Part shown: one piece after another, positions 9,525 to 19,052 of the stretch
Layout of the letters: each line of letters starts with the position of its first letter
How positions within the stretch are numbered: position 1 is the first letter of the stretch
Notes under the pieces: generated by a model
Told to the model about the DNA's origin: nothing
What the model saw: the letters and a program-made list of their open reading frames with translations, nothing else
The model's database searches: none
Assembly (NCBI GenBank): GCA_964610045.1
Contig: CAZSUN010000002.1
Coordinates: forward strand, 40,925-104,924
Direction: 5' to 3'
Origin: an uncultured Sphaerobacteraceae bacterium
GTDB taxonomy: Bacteria; Chloroflexota; Chloroflexia; Thermomicrobiales; UBA6265
DNA length: 64,000 nucleotides
Position numbers and translations under genes: made by a program

Positions 9525-10514
9525 ATGCGTGACGTGTTGCTCTCCATTTCCATACGAGCTCTCGGCATGTGGGCTGCCATCCTGGTTGCACTGCTCGGGC
9601 CATTGACGTCGACGATGGTTTACGCTCGCTCCCAGGACACAAACACCGCCGCCGCCGATGACCTGGCGCCACGGTTCGATCAGGACCAACGGCTCTACGA
9701 CAACGCGAATTTGCTCACGGACGATCAGGACCAGAGTTTCGAATCCGATCTTGCACGCGCCAGCGGTCTCGGGATCGAGATGGTTGTCTATACCCGCATA
9801 TCGACAGACGACGAGCAGGCATCCCAGGCGTTCGCCGACCAGATCAGGACCGCGTGGCAGGTCGAAAGCCTGCCTGGAGCCGACGACGGGATCGTGATCC
9901 TCCTGACCTACGACCCCAGCGACCTGGAGAACCACTCGGTCGTCGTCTCGGAAGGGGAACATGCCTTCCCGATTCGCCAGCTGACATCGGACGGCTACCA
10001 GGAGATTCTCGTCAACGAAATGCGGCCGGAGTTGCTGAAGGGCAACTTCGACTTCGCCCTCATGTATGGCATTCGCCGCGTTCTCAATTACGCCGAATAC
10101 AGTCCGCCGAACCCCGAAGCACTCACCGATCGCCAGCTTTCGATCGGGAACCTGGCCAGGATCGCGGCGGCTGTCACGCTTCAGGCTGCCATTCTTGGCT
10201 ACGTGGTGGCTGGCGTTGTCTCGCGTCGACGGCTCACCCTCCGTCCAACGCCGCGCTCGCTCGGGTGGTACGGACTCCTCCTGGCAGGTATGGCCATCTT
10301 GTCTGGCATCCTGGGCATCGCTGGGCGCGATCGAACATCGTCGCTGATTGCCTTGGTGGTCTTCGTCTGGTCGTGTCTCGGTGTCCCGCTGCTTGTCGCG
10401 GCGTTATCCCGAACGCGGCGAACAGGCACCACTGTGCCGCCAACCAGATCCGTTCCTGCCGCATCCCGCCGGCGAACCGCGAAGAACGCCGTGGAGGCGA
10501 CTGCCCATGGGTAG
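9525..10514 (+). CDS. TPM-domain membrane protein, copy B
   Basis: Signal-like N-terminus MRDVLLSISIRALGMWAAILVALLGPLTSTMVYA. TPM-like blocks (NLLTDDQ, IEMVVYTRIS, DDGIVILLTY, VVVSEGE). C-terminal TM block. Alternative in-frame starts lie at 9444 and 9492. Confidence 0.55.
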   Translation: MRDVLLSISIRALGMWAAILVALLGPLTSTMVYARSQDTNTAAADDLAPRFDQDQRLYDNANLLTDDQDQSFESDLARASGLGIEMVVYTRISTDDEQASQAFADQIRTAWQVESLPGADDGIVILLTYDPSDLENHSVVVSEGEHAFPIRQLTSDGYQEILVNEMRPELLKGNFDFALMYGIRRVLNYAEYSPPNPEALTDRQLSIGNLARIAAAVTLQAAILGYVVAGVVSRRRLTLRPTPRSLGWYGLLLAGMAILSGILGIAGRDRTSSLIALVVFVWSCLGVPLLVAALSRTRRTGTTVPPTRSVPAASRRRTAKNAVEATAHG

Positions 10515-11931
10515 GATCCACTCCAGATCACACGCCTCCGTCTCATCCAGTCCCAGAATGATTCTGGGCCGCCAGGCCGCGCACTCGTCGTCATCTGCCT
10601 GGCGTGCTCGGGGACTCACCATGGCCATGGCCGTGATCCTGTTCGCGATCGCACTCGCAATCAATCTCTCGCACATCGAAACAACGGAGTTGCATCCAGA
10701 CGAGACCCGGTGGATCAATCGTGCCTACTACATCAGGGAGTTCACCGATCCCTATAGCAAGTACTGGCAGGACTACTACATCACCCGCGGCCAACCGCCA
10801 GGCGGAAGCTACCTGATGGGCCTCGGACTCTGGTTGCAGGGCCAACCGCTCGATTCAAACGGCGTCTGGGACTTCCATTTCAGCGCCGAGTGGAACGAAA
10901 TGGCGGGGGCGGTTCCCGAACATGACATCCTGATGGCTGGACGCCGGACGAACGCAGTCGTGGGCGCTCTTGTGGTCGTGATGGTGTTCCTGGCCGCAAG
11001 CATGCTTGTCAACCGTGTGGGCGGTTTCCTCGCGGCGCTGTTCCTCGCCTACCACCCACTCCACATCACCCTCAGCACGCAGGCACTCTCCGATGAACTC
11101 CTTGCACTGTCACTCGGCGTCACGTTTGTGGCAGCATTCAGGTACGGCAAAACACGGGCGGTTGGCTGGGCCATGCTGCTCGGTATCGCGCTCGGCATCG
11201 GCGGCGCGACCAAGCTCGCGCCCCTGGCCCTGTCATTCGTGGTGGCAGGCTATGGGCTGGTCTGGCTCGCGTACATGGTGAAGCGCCAGGGACGCTCGGC
11301 GGTACGCTGGTCCAGAGGCCGCTATGGATATCTCCTGATGCTCCAGCCCGCAGTTGCGGGATTCGTCTTCGTGGCGATGTACCCGTTCCTGTGGCCCAAC
11401 CCGATATCCCGCTCGCTCGCATTGCTGGATTTTCGCCGACAGGAGATGGCCAGCCAGGCACGAATCTGGCCGTGGGCCAGGGTCGACAATCCGAAAGACG
11501 CGTTCATGCGGTACGGAGAACAGCTCGACGGCGCCTACTCGACCACCAAGCACATCCAGGAGTCACTCCTGGAACGAATGGGCATCAGCATCGCGAATCC
11601 AGTCGGGCTCGATTTCATCGCGATCGCCATCGGTGCAATCCTCCTGACCCGAATCGTGATCAACCGTGGACTCTGGAGTCCCCACGCGTTGACCGCGCTG
11701 GTAATGGCGGCCGAGGTAGCGGCGGTCACCGTCGGCCTCGGGGTCGATTTCTACCGCTACTACCTCCCTGTGCTGCTCGTCAACAGCATCCTGGTTGGGG
11801 TGACCTTCGGTGAAGGATGGCGCTGGATCCGGCAGGCGTGGCTCCAACGTTCGGTTCCGGCACACGCCGCTGCCTCGACCCACCGGCAACCATCGTGGCG
11901 CCCGGCTGCGATCCGTCCCGACAATCCATGA
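10507..11931 (+). CDS. GT-C fold glycosyltransferase, ArnT/PMT_2-like, copy B
   Basis: Polytopic ORF with HPDETRWINRAY first-loop motif. In a ~140-aa N-terminal block aligned by eye, about 60% of residues are identical to copy A. The ATG at 10507 overlaps the upstream stop by 8 nt (ATGGGTAG). The ORF-track start at 10348 lies inside the preceding gene. Confidence 0.65.
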   Translation: MGRIHSRSHASVSSSPRMILGRQAAHSSSSAWRARGLTMAMAVILFAIALAINLSHIETTELHPDETRWINRAYYIREFTDPYSKYWQDYYITRGQPPGGSYLMGLGLWLQGQPLDSNGVWDFHFSAEWNEMAGAVPEHDILMAGRRTNAVVGALVVVMVFLAASMLVNRVGGFLAALFLAYHPLHITLSTQALSDELLALSLGVTFVAAFRYGKTRAVGWAMLLGIALGIGGATKLAPLALSFVVAGYGLVWLAYMVKRQGRSAVRWSRGRYGYLLMLQPAVAGFVFVAMYPFLWPNPISRSLALLDFRRQEMASQARIWPWARVDNPKDAFMRYGEQLDGAYSTTKHIQESLLERMGISIANPVGLDFIAIAIGAILLTRIVINRGLWSPHALTALVMAAEVAAVTVGLGVDFYRYYLPVLLVNSILVGVTFGEGWRWIRQAWLQRSVPAHAAASTHRQPSWRPAAIRPDNP

Positions 11932-12041
11932 CGAATCGCTCCCGCCGCTTGTGGGAACGACTCCTGTATCTGCACCCATCGCTGGCATCGACATGACATC
12001 CATCAGTGCCGGGAGACGACGCACACACCGTATGGAAACAC

Positions 12042-12078
12042 CATCGCCGGTCACGGAATCGCTCCCCGACCGGCGATG
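12042..12078. terminator. inverted repeat between convergent genes (candidate bidirectional terminator)
   Basis: Perfect 11-bp arms CATCGCCGGTC / GACCGGCGATG with a 15-nt loop. Lies between the stops at 11931 (+) and 12109 (-). No clear U-tract. Confidence 0.4.
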
Positions 12079-12108
12079 ACATCATTCAGGTGAACGGAGC
12101 GGCGCCGG

Positions 12109-14289
12109 CTAACGACGCGGCGCGGTAGCCAGCAATTCAGACTCCGCGACGCCGGCGGCGGGAGCGTAGAGATACTTCACGTAGTCAACCAGCATCCGGC
12201 GGGCGCCGAACTTCGGCGCAACTGTCCTGATCGATTCCTTTTGAAGGGTCAACCACTCGTGCGGCAATCCGTCACTCGAACGGTTGTAGTACATCGGGAC
12301 GATCTGCTTTTCGATAACCTCGTAGATGGCGTTGGCTTCTTCCTCGTCCTGCGCATCGCCACCACGCGTTGAGGATGCGATACCCCAGCCGTTGCTGTTG
12401 TCCGCCTCGTGCCCCTCGATCCACCAACCGTCGAGGATACTGCAGTTGGGAACCCCGTTCACCGCAGCCTTCATGCCACTGGTGCCACTGGCTTCCAGCG
12501 GGTACCGCGGATTGTTGATCCAGACATCCACTCCCGCCACGAGGAGGCTTGCCAGACCCATCTCGTAATCCTCGACAAAGGCGATTCGGCCACCGAGTCG
12601 CGGATCACGGGCGCGAAGGTAGATTTCCTGGATCAACCGCTTGCCCCCCTCGTCCGCCGGATGCGCCTTGCCAGCGAACACGATCTGGACCGGGTTGTCG
12701 GGATTGTTCAGGATCGTCGCCAGCCGGTCGATATCGCGGAACAACAATGTTGCCCGTTTGTAGGTGGCGAACCGACGCGCAAACCCGAGTGTGAGGACTC
12801 CGGCGTTCAGGAATGGCCCTGACGACAGCATCTGCCACGCATCGAACTGGCCCTCGGCGTACCTGCGACGTGCCCGTTCGTCCATTTCGTCGATGAGGGC
12901 CTGCTTGGCGACGAGGTGCGTCTGCCAGAGTTCTCCGTCCGGAATGTTGTGGACGGTCTCCCATACCTGCGGATCATCCTGTCGTTCGGACCAGTTGCGA
13001 GGCAGGTACCGGTTGAACAGGTGGCGCATGTTGGGCGAGATCCAGGTCCTGAGGTGCACACCGTTGGTGATACTGCGAATCGGCGCTTCGTCCGGGGTGA
13101 TTCCCGGCCAAAGGTCGTACCACATCTCCCGGGATACTTCACCGTGCTTTTCGCTTACGCCATTGACATGCTTGGCCATCCGTAGGGCGAGCGCAGTGAA
13201 GTTGAAGCCGGACCGTTCGCCATGGGCGCCCAGTTCGAAGAATTCCTCACGGCTGAGGCCAAGTTCGGGCCAGTAGTGAGCGAAATACCGGTCCATCATG
13301 GCTGGGGAGAAGATGTCGTGCCCGGCCGGCACGGGGGTGTGCGTCGTGAATATGGTGTTGTCGCGCACCAACTCGATCGCTTCGTCGAATGTGCTGCCTC
13401 GCAGGACGTATTCACGGGCTCGTTCGAGCAGATGCAGGGCGGCGTGGCCCTCATTCGCGTGCCAGTAGGCTGGTTCGATCCCGAGTGCGCGAAGAAGCCG
13501 GACCCCACCGATCCCCAGCACGATCTCCTGCCGTAGCCGGTGCTCGGTATCGCCACCGTAGAGACGGGACGAGAGCTCGCGGGTCCACTCGGGGTTCCCA
13601 TCGACATCGGAGTCGAGCAGGTAGATCGGGACGCGGCCAACCTGCACCTGCCAGACCGCGAGGCGGAGCGGACCGCTCCCGTCTGATAGATCCACCTCGA
13701 CCAGCAGCGGCGTCCCGTCCTGGTTCAGGACCTGGGTGGTCGGTTCCGCCCGAGGGTCGAGCTTCGCCGGCACGTCGTGCTGCCAGCCGTCGTGATCGAT
13801 GCGTTGTCGCAAGTATCCCTGACGGTAGAGCAGGCTGACCCCAACCAGGGGGATGCCCATGTCACTGGCTTCCTTGGTATGGTCACCGGCCAGCACGCCA
13901 AGACCGCCCGAGTAAATGGGCAGGGCCCGATGCAGACCAAACTCCGCGGAGAAGTAGGCAACGGTCTTGTCGACGAGTTCAGGGCAATGCTTGCCCAGCC
14001 AGGTCCGTTCCGGCGGCGTGTTCAGCATTTCATCGAATGCCTCAACAGCCGTGTCGTACTGGCCGAGGAAGTCCTGATTGCGCGCAGCTGCTTCCAACCG
14101 CCCTGGATCGATCCGGTGCAGGAAGAGGACCGGATTCTGTTCGACCACGTTCCAGAGAACAGGATGCAGTTGCTCGAACAGGAACCGGGCAGGCCTGCTC
14201 CAGGTCCACCAAAGATTGTACGCAAGGTCGTTCAGTCGCTCGATCCGCGCTGGTAGCGAAACGGGATCGACGGCGGCGGTCGGACTCAT
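12109..14289 (-). CDS. glgP: alpha-glucan phosphorylase (GT35, GlgP family)
   Basis: N-terminal LAYNLWWTWSRPARFLF block typical of the alpha-glucan phosphorylase family, and PLP-lysine region EASGTSGMKAAVNG. Start trimmed to the ATG at 14289 (MSPTAAVDP...), which has GAGGAG upstream. Confidence 0.85.
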   Translation of the reverse strand: MSPTAAVDPVSLPARIERLNDLAYNLWWTWSRPARFLFEQLHPVLWNVVEQNPVLFLHRIDPGRLEAAARNQDFLGQYDTAVEAFDEMLNTPPERTWLGKHCPELVDKTVAYFSAEFGLHRALPIYSGGLGVLAGDHTKEASDMGIPLVGVSLLYRQGYLRQRIDHDGWQHDVPAKLDPRAEPTTQVLNQDGTPLLVEVDLSDGSGPLRLAVWQVQVGRVPIYLLDSDVDGNPEWTRELSSRLYGGDTEHRLRQEIVLGIGGVRLLRALGIEPAYWHANEGHAALHLLERAREYVLRGSTFDEAIELVRDNTIFTTHTPVPAGHDIFSPAMMDRYFAHYWPELGLSREEFFELGAHGERSGFNFTALALRMAKHVNGVSEKHGEVSREMWYDLWPGITPDEAPIRSITNGVHLRTWISPNMRHLFNRYLPRNWSERQDDPQVWETVHNIPDGELWQTHLVAKQALIDEMDERARRRYAEGQFDAWQMLSSGPFLNAGVLTLGFARRFATYKRATLLFRDIDRLATILNNPDNPVQIVFAGKAHPADEGGKRLIQEIYLRARDPRLGGRIAFVEDYEMGLASLLVAGVDVWINNPRYPLEASGTSGMKAAVNGVPNCSILDGWWIEGHEADNSNGWGIASSTRGGDAQDEEEANAIYEVIEKQIVPMYYNRSSDGLPHEWLTLQKESIRTVAPKFGARRMLVDYVKYLYAPAAGVAESELLATAPRR

Positions 14290-14549
14290 AGTGTCGGATA
14301 CTCCTCGAACAGGTGCATGGATGCGACTGTGCGTATTGGGCGCTGGTTCGCACTCTGCCAATGACTTTTCAACTTCGCTAGTATTGCCGACAGCGATGCG
14401 ATCAACAAACTCATGTGCACGATGCACAAGACGGCTTTCGGCATGCATGGAGCCGAATCCAGTCTGCACAATTGGAGGAGACCGTCAGTGGTGAGACGAT
14501 AAACGCCACAAACGACGGCGATTTCCCAGTTTCGTGGAGCACAACCGGG

Positions 14550-16052
14550 ATGACTACCACCTCCACAGCATCCGGAACACGGTCCGGTCTGTCTCACCTC
14601 CTGCTCCCGGCGGCCGTGCTGGTCGCGGTCGCCTGGTGCTGGTCTCTGCAATACCCGTTCTGGCCGCACCGCAACGCCCTGCTCGACCAGGGCAAGATCG
14701 TGAGTTACAGCTGGATCGCCTTCGCGCTCTTCATCGGTGGAATATCGCTTTGGCTGTGGTCACTCTGGGCGATCCTGCCTGCCCTCCGCGGCATACCGTT
14801 TCACCAGGTGCGGCGCGTGTTGTTCCCGGTCATCTGCATCGTCTATGTGGCGTTCGTCCTGATGTATCCGACGAATGCGATCGACGTCTACATCTATGCC
14901 GTCCGATCCCGGCTGCTGACGGAATATGGAGCGAACCCGAGCGCGGCGCTGCCCATGACCTGGTGGGACGTCGATCCATACATGCACTTCGCCTCCCGGG
15001 AGTGGGCGGACGATACCTCGCCGTACGGACCGCTCTGGAACCAACTCGCAGCACCGGTGACCGCACTCTCGGGCGACAACATCGGCCTGGCCGTGATCGG
15101 GTTCAAAATCCTCAGCGTCATCGCGATCGCACTCACCGGCTGGTTGATTTACGACGCGCTGGATCATGTCGGGAACGATTGGGCACTGGTCGCGGCGCTG
15201 TTCTGGCTCCTGAACCCTCTCGTTCTTTGGGACGGAATTGGCAACGCCCACAACGATGTGACGTTGATGTTGCCGACTATCGCGGCACTTTGGGCGTGGA
15301 GCCGTCGTTACGACAACCTGGTGATCCCGTTACTGGTAGCGGCGTTTCTCATCAAATACGTCTCGATCATCCTGTTTCCGATCGCCATCGTTGCCCTGTG
15401 GCGCCGCAATTCCCGGGCGCAGCGAATAGAAGGAGCGCTTTGGGCGTTCGGAGGCGGACTGCTCGTCGTGGCATTCAGCCTCTTTCCGTTCTACGACCTC
15501 GGGGCTATTGTCGACAGCGCCCGTGCCCAGGGTGCGCGTATCAGTGCTTCGCTGGCCTGGTGGATCCTGGCAACAGTCAACCGGTTGGAAATCGCCCAAC
15601 CAACCGTGGAAACCGCCCAGAATGTGGCCTACGCCATCACGATTGCCGCGATAGCCTTCTGGGTATGGCGTGTCTGGACGAAGCCTGCTGATTTCCCGCG
15701 CGCGTGTTTCGAAGCGACATTTGCCTTCATGCTGGTTGCATCAACCAACCAGCGCGGATGGTACGTCATATGGCTTGTCCCCCTCGCAGCCATGATCATC
15801 CCGGCCGAACCGTGGCGGCGCACACTGACATGGTCGGTGACGTCGATGGCCGGCCATGCCTGTTCGATTTGGCTCTGGTTTGTCTGGGATTGGGACAACT
15901 GGGATCGTTACTGGTATTCATCGATCATGGTTGGAGTCGTCTATTTGCCAGTGCTCGCCGTGACCCTTTGGGACGTGGTGAGTCCCGGACTCCGTTCGCG
16001 CCAGGTACCGGGTTTCGATCCAGACCACTTGCAGACGCCGCATCGCGGTTAG
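14550..16052 (+). CDS. putative GT-C family membrane glycosyltransferase (DUF2029/GT87/MptB-like)
   Basis: 501-aa ORF with more than 10 hydrophobic segments. Loop motifs (DVYIYAVRSRLL, SPYGPLW, GNAHND) are reminiscent of polyprenyl-phosphate-mannose-dependent mannosyltransferases. The family call is from memory only. Confidence 0.5.
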   Translation: MTTTSTASGTRSGLSHLLLPAAVLVAVAWCWSLQYPFWPHRNALLDQGKIVSYSWIAFALFIGGISLWLWSLWAILPALRGIPFHQVRRVLFPVICIVYVAFVLMYPTNAIDVYIYAVRSRLLTEYGANPSAALPMTWWDVDPYMHFASREWADDTSPYGPLWNQLAAPVTALSGDNIGLAVIGFKILSVIAIALTGWLIYDALDHVGNDWALVAALFWLLNPLVLWDGIGNAHNDVTLMLPTIAALWAWSRRYDNLVIPLLVAAFLIKYVSIILFPIAIVALWRRNSRAQRIEGALWAFGGGLLVVAFSLFPFYDLGAIVDSARAQGARISASLAWWILATVNRLEIAQPTVETAQNVAYAITIAAIAFWVWRVWTKPADFPRACFEATFAFMLVASTNQRGWYVIWLVPLAAMIIPAEPWRRTLTWSVTSMAGHACSIWLWFVWDWDNWDRYWYSSIMVGVVYLPVLAVTLWDVVSPGLRSRQVPGFDPDHLQTPHRG

Positions 16053-16171
16053 CGCCAATCACTGCCCGATCAACAGACCTGAGCGAACACGCAACACCCC
16101 ATTGTGTCGGTTGGCGGCAGGAATGGACGCTGACAAACCACATCCCGCCTATCCTGGACGACGCATCGTCC

Positions 16172-16927
16172 CTATACCTCGCCGAGGTATGCCTTGCGAA
16201 CCATCTCGTTGTGCAACAGCGACTGCGCATCGTCAGAGAGGAGGATCGTTCCGGTTTGCAGCACGTAACCACGGTGCGCGATCCCCAGGGCCATGAGCGC
16301 GTTCTGCTCCACCAGCAAGACGGTCGTTCCTTGTTTGTTGATGTCCTGGATGATCGAAAAGATCTGCTCGACGAGAATCGGGGCCAGGCCCATCGACGGC
16401 TCGTCCAGCAAGAGGAGCTGTGGCTTGGCCATGAGGGCCCGCCCGATGGCCAGCATCTGCTGTTCGCCACCGGACATGGTGCCCGCCTTCTGGTTGATGC
16501 GCTCCTTAAGGCGAGGAAAGAGGTCGAAGACGCGGGTGAGATCGTTCGGGTCGATCCTGCCGAGGACGAACGCGCCCATCTGCAGGTTCTCCATCACCGA
16601 CATCCGGGGGAAAACGCGCCGCCCCTCGGGTGATTGCGCCACGCCCAGTTTGGCGACCTGATGCGCGGGTACTCCGCTGATGCGGTTTCCCCGCAACAGC
16701 ACCTCGCCGGTCCTCGGTGACAACAGTCCGGAAATCGTCTTGAGGGTTGTGCTCTTGCCGGCGCCATTCGAACCGATCAAGGTCACGATCTCGCCTTCGC
16801 TAACCTGGACGCTGATGCCCTTGAGCGCGTGTATGTGCCCGTAGTAGGTGTTGACGTCCTTGAGTTCCAGCATCGGCGATTGGGTGGGAACGCCGGCAGG
16901 CGACGGAAACACGGTGGTAGCAGCCAT
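16172..16927 (-). CDS. livF: branched-chain amino acid ABC transporter ATP-binding protein (LivF-type)
   Basis: Walker A GSNGAGKST, signature LSGGEQQML, Walker B LLLLDEPSMGLAP. Its start overlaps the livG stop by 1 nt (TAATG). Confidence 0.88.
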   Translation of the reverse strand: MAATTVFPSPAGVPTQSPMLELKDVNTYYGHIHALKGISVQVSEGEIVTLIGSNGAGKSTTLKTISGLLSPRTGEVLLRGNRISGVPAHQVAKLGVAQSPEGRRVFPRMSVMENLQMGAFVLGRIDPNDLTRVFDLFPRLKERINQKAGTMSGGEQQMLAIGRALMAKPQLLLLDEPSMGLAPILVEQIFSIIQDINKQGTTVLLVEQNALMALGIAHRGYVLQTGTILLSDDAQSLLHNEMVRKAYLGEV

Positions 16928-17811
16928 TACTGTGGTACTCCCGGTGCGTTCGCTTGCTGGTTCCCGGCAATTGGCGTATCGAACTGGCGCTGGAGTTCGG
17001 CGGCTCCCTTGCCCAGATACGCCTCTACCACCAGGGCATTGCCGCGTACCTCGGCCCCTGTGCCATCCGCTATCTTGTTGCCGTGATCGAGCACCGCCAC
17101 GTGATCGGAAATGCCCATCACGACCTTCATGTCGTGCTCGATCAGCAGGATCGTGAGATTGAGATCCCGTCGCATCTTGTTGATGAATGTGGTCATGCCG
17201 GCGGTTTCACGAGGATTCATACCGGCAGTCGGCTCATCGAGGAGCAGGAGGCTCGGCCCGCTCGCGAGCGCGCGCGCCACCTCCAGACGCCGCTGATCGC
17301 CATAGGAGAGGTTCTTCGCCGTGACCTGCGCGTGGCGGCTGAGTCCGACATAGTCAAGCAGGCCGTAGGCGTTCTCTGCCGCCTCGCGCTCTTCCCTGTT
17401 GACCGTCCGGGTGCGCAGGATCGCGCCAACCGTACCGGTCGTCAGGCGGGTATGCATGCCGATCAGCACATTCTCGATCACGGTCATGTTGGAAAACAGG
17501 CGGATATTCTGGAAGGTACGAGCGATACCGAGCCGGGTCACCTGGTCCGGACGCAGCGCCTTTCCACCGAATCCGCTGCCCCCGAAAATCGTTTGGCCCT
17601 TGAACGAGATCGTGCCTTCGGTCGGTTCGTAAATGCCGGCGATCATGTTGAAGAACGTGGTCTTGCCGGCGCCGTTGGGTCCGATCACGCTCGTGATGCT
17701 GCCGGTCTCTATCCGGAGATCGACCCCCTCAACCGCGACCAGTCCACCGAATCGTTTGGTCACTCCGCGCGTTTCGAGAATCGCCGGAGATGCCTGGGAT
17801 GCTGTCTCCAT
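16927..17811 (-). CDS. livG: branched-chain amino acid ABC transporter ATP-binding protein (LivG-type)
   Basis: Walker A GPNGAGKTT, signature LSYGDQRRLE, Walker B LLLLDEPTAGMNP. Has the LivG-type insert and C-terminal extension. Confidence 0.88.
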   Translation of the reverse strand: METASQASPAILETRGVTKRFGGLVAVEGVDLRIETGSITSVIGPNGAGKTTFFNMIAGIYEPTEGTISFKGQTIFGGSGFGGKALRPDQVTRLGIARTFQNIRLFSNMTVIENVLIGMHTRLTTGTVGAILRTRTVNREEREAAENAYGLLDYVGLSRHAQVTAKNLSYGDQRRLEVARALASGPSLLLLDEPTAGMNPRETAGMTTFINKMRRDLNLTILLIEHDMKVVMGISDHVAVLDHGNKIADGTGAEVRGNALVVEAYLGKGAAELQRQFDTPIAGNQQANAPGVPQ

Positions 17812-17813
17812 GG

Positions 17814-19031
17814 CTAGACGTTCCCTCCAGCAAACCGGTGATCGCCTTCGCGAACATCGTACAGGTCTTCGTTGTCATCCCCATCGTCGTCGCCCTCCAT
17901 TTCGGCGGCACGACGGGCCGATGGGAAGAGTCCGCCGGGGCGTACGAGCATCAGGATGACGAGCGCGAGCCCGAAAATCATCAGGCGGTCAGTCGTCAGG
18001 TTATGCGTGGCCAGCCAGTCGCCGAACCATGCCAGTGGCGGCCATGTGATTTTTTCGCCAAGGTTGTTCAGCGGTTCGGTCAGTTCCGTCGTCAGGATAC
18101 GGTCGAATGCGCCGATGATGAGCGCACCACCGATGACCCCGTAGACATTGCCGATGCCCCCGAGGATGACCATCGCCAGGATGATGATGGAGACCGAAAA
18201 CTGGAATTGGTCTGGGTAGACCACCCGTACGTAGCCGGCATACAGCGAACCGGCAAACCCCGAGAACGATGCGCCAAGCGCGAATGCCCAAAGCTTGGTC
18301 GAGACCGTGTTGATACCCATCGAGGATGCCGCGATTTCGTCTTCGCGGATCGCCTGCCACGATCGCCCGAGCCGGGAATCGTAGAGACGCGTGATCATGA
18401 ACAATGAGACGAGGCCGACAACGAGGATGAGCCAGAACCAGTTCGCCTGATCGGTCGTTGCGAAGCTCATTTCCCTGCCGCCTGGCAACGGAATGGTCGG
18501 AGGTTTGGCAATCTGCCCAATTCCTTGCGGGCCGTTGGTGATGGTTTCGGCGTTCGTGAAGAAGTCGGGCACGATTTCGCCGAACCCGAGCGTCACGATT
18601 GCGAGATAGTCGCCCCGAAGGCGCAAGGTGGGAGCGCCCAGGATCACCCCAAAAACGGCAGCCAGCACCCAGGAGACTGCCATCGCTGGCCAGAACGCCT
18701 GCATGAATTCCGGCACCCACCCGTTCTGGACGAACCAGCTGTTGGGTGACGTCAGGAATGCATTGCCATACGCGCCGATGACGAAGAAGGCGACGTAGCC
18801 AAGATCGAGCAGACCGGCGTAGCCAACGACGATGTTCAGCCCCATTGCCAGGATGACGTAGACAAGAATCGGGATCCACTCACCGAGGAGATCGAGCCCG
18901 AGCCACTTGTCGATGAACGGATAGAGCGCCGCCAAACCCGCGCAGAGCAGGACGATGATGAGGCGTTTCCGGTTTTCCTGCCGCCGCCCGGCGAACCACT
19001 GTTCGGCGCGAGTGGAGTACGTCGATGCCAC
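17814..19031 (-). CDS. livM: branched-chain amino acid ABC transporter permease (LivM-type)
   Basis: 405-aa polytopic ORF with LivM-like blocks (GYAGLLDLGYVAFF, APTLRLRGDYLAIVTLGFGE). Operon position between livH and livG. Confidence 0.85.
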   Translation of the reverse strand: MASTYSTRAEQWFAGRRQENRKRLIIVLLCAGLAALYPFIDKWLGLDLLGEWIPILVYVILAMGLNIVVGYAGLLDLGYVAFFVIGAYGNAFLTSPNSWFVQNGWVPEFMQAFWPAMAVSWVLAAVFGVILGAPTLRLRGDYLAIVTLGFGEIVPDFFTNAETITNGPQGIGQIAKPPTIPLPGGREMSFATTDQANWFWLILVVGLVSLFMITRLYDSRLGRSWQAIREDEIAASSMGINTVSTKLWAFALGASFSGFAGSLYAGYVRVVYPDQFQFSVSIIILAMVILGGIGNVYGVIGGALIIGAFDRILTTELTEPLNNLGEKITWPPLAWFGDWLATHNLTTDRLMIFGLALVILMLVRPGGLFPSARRAAEMEGDDDGDDNEDLYDVREGDHRFAGGNV

Positions 19032-19052
19032 TTTCCACCTACCTGCCGATCG

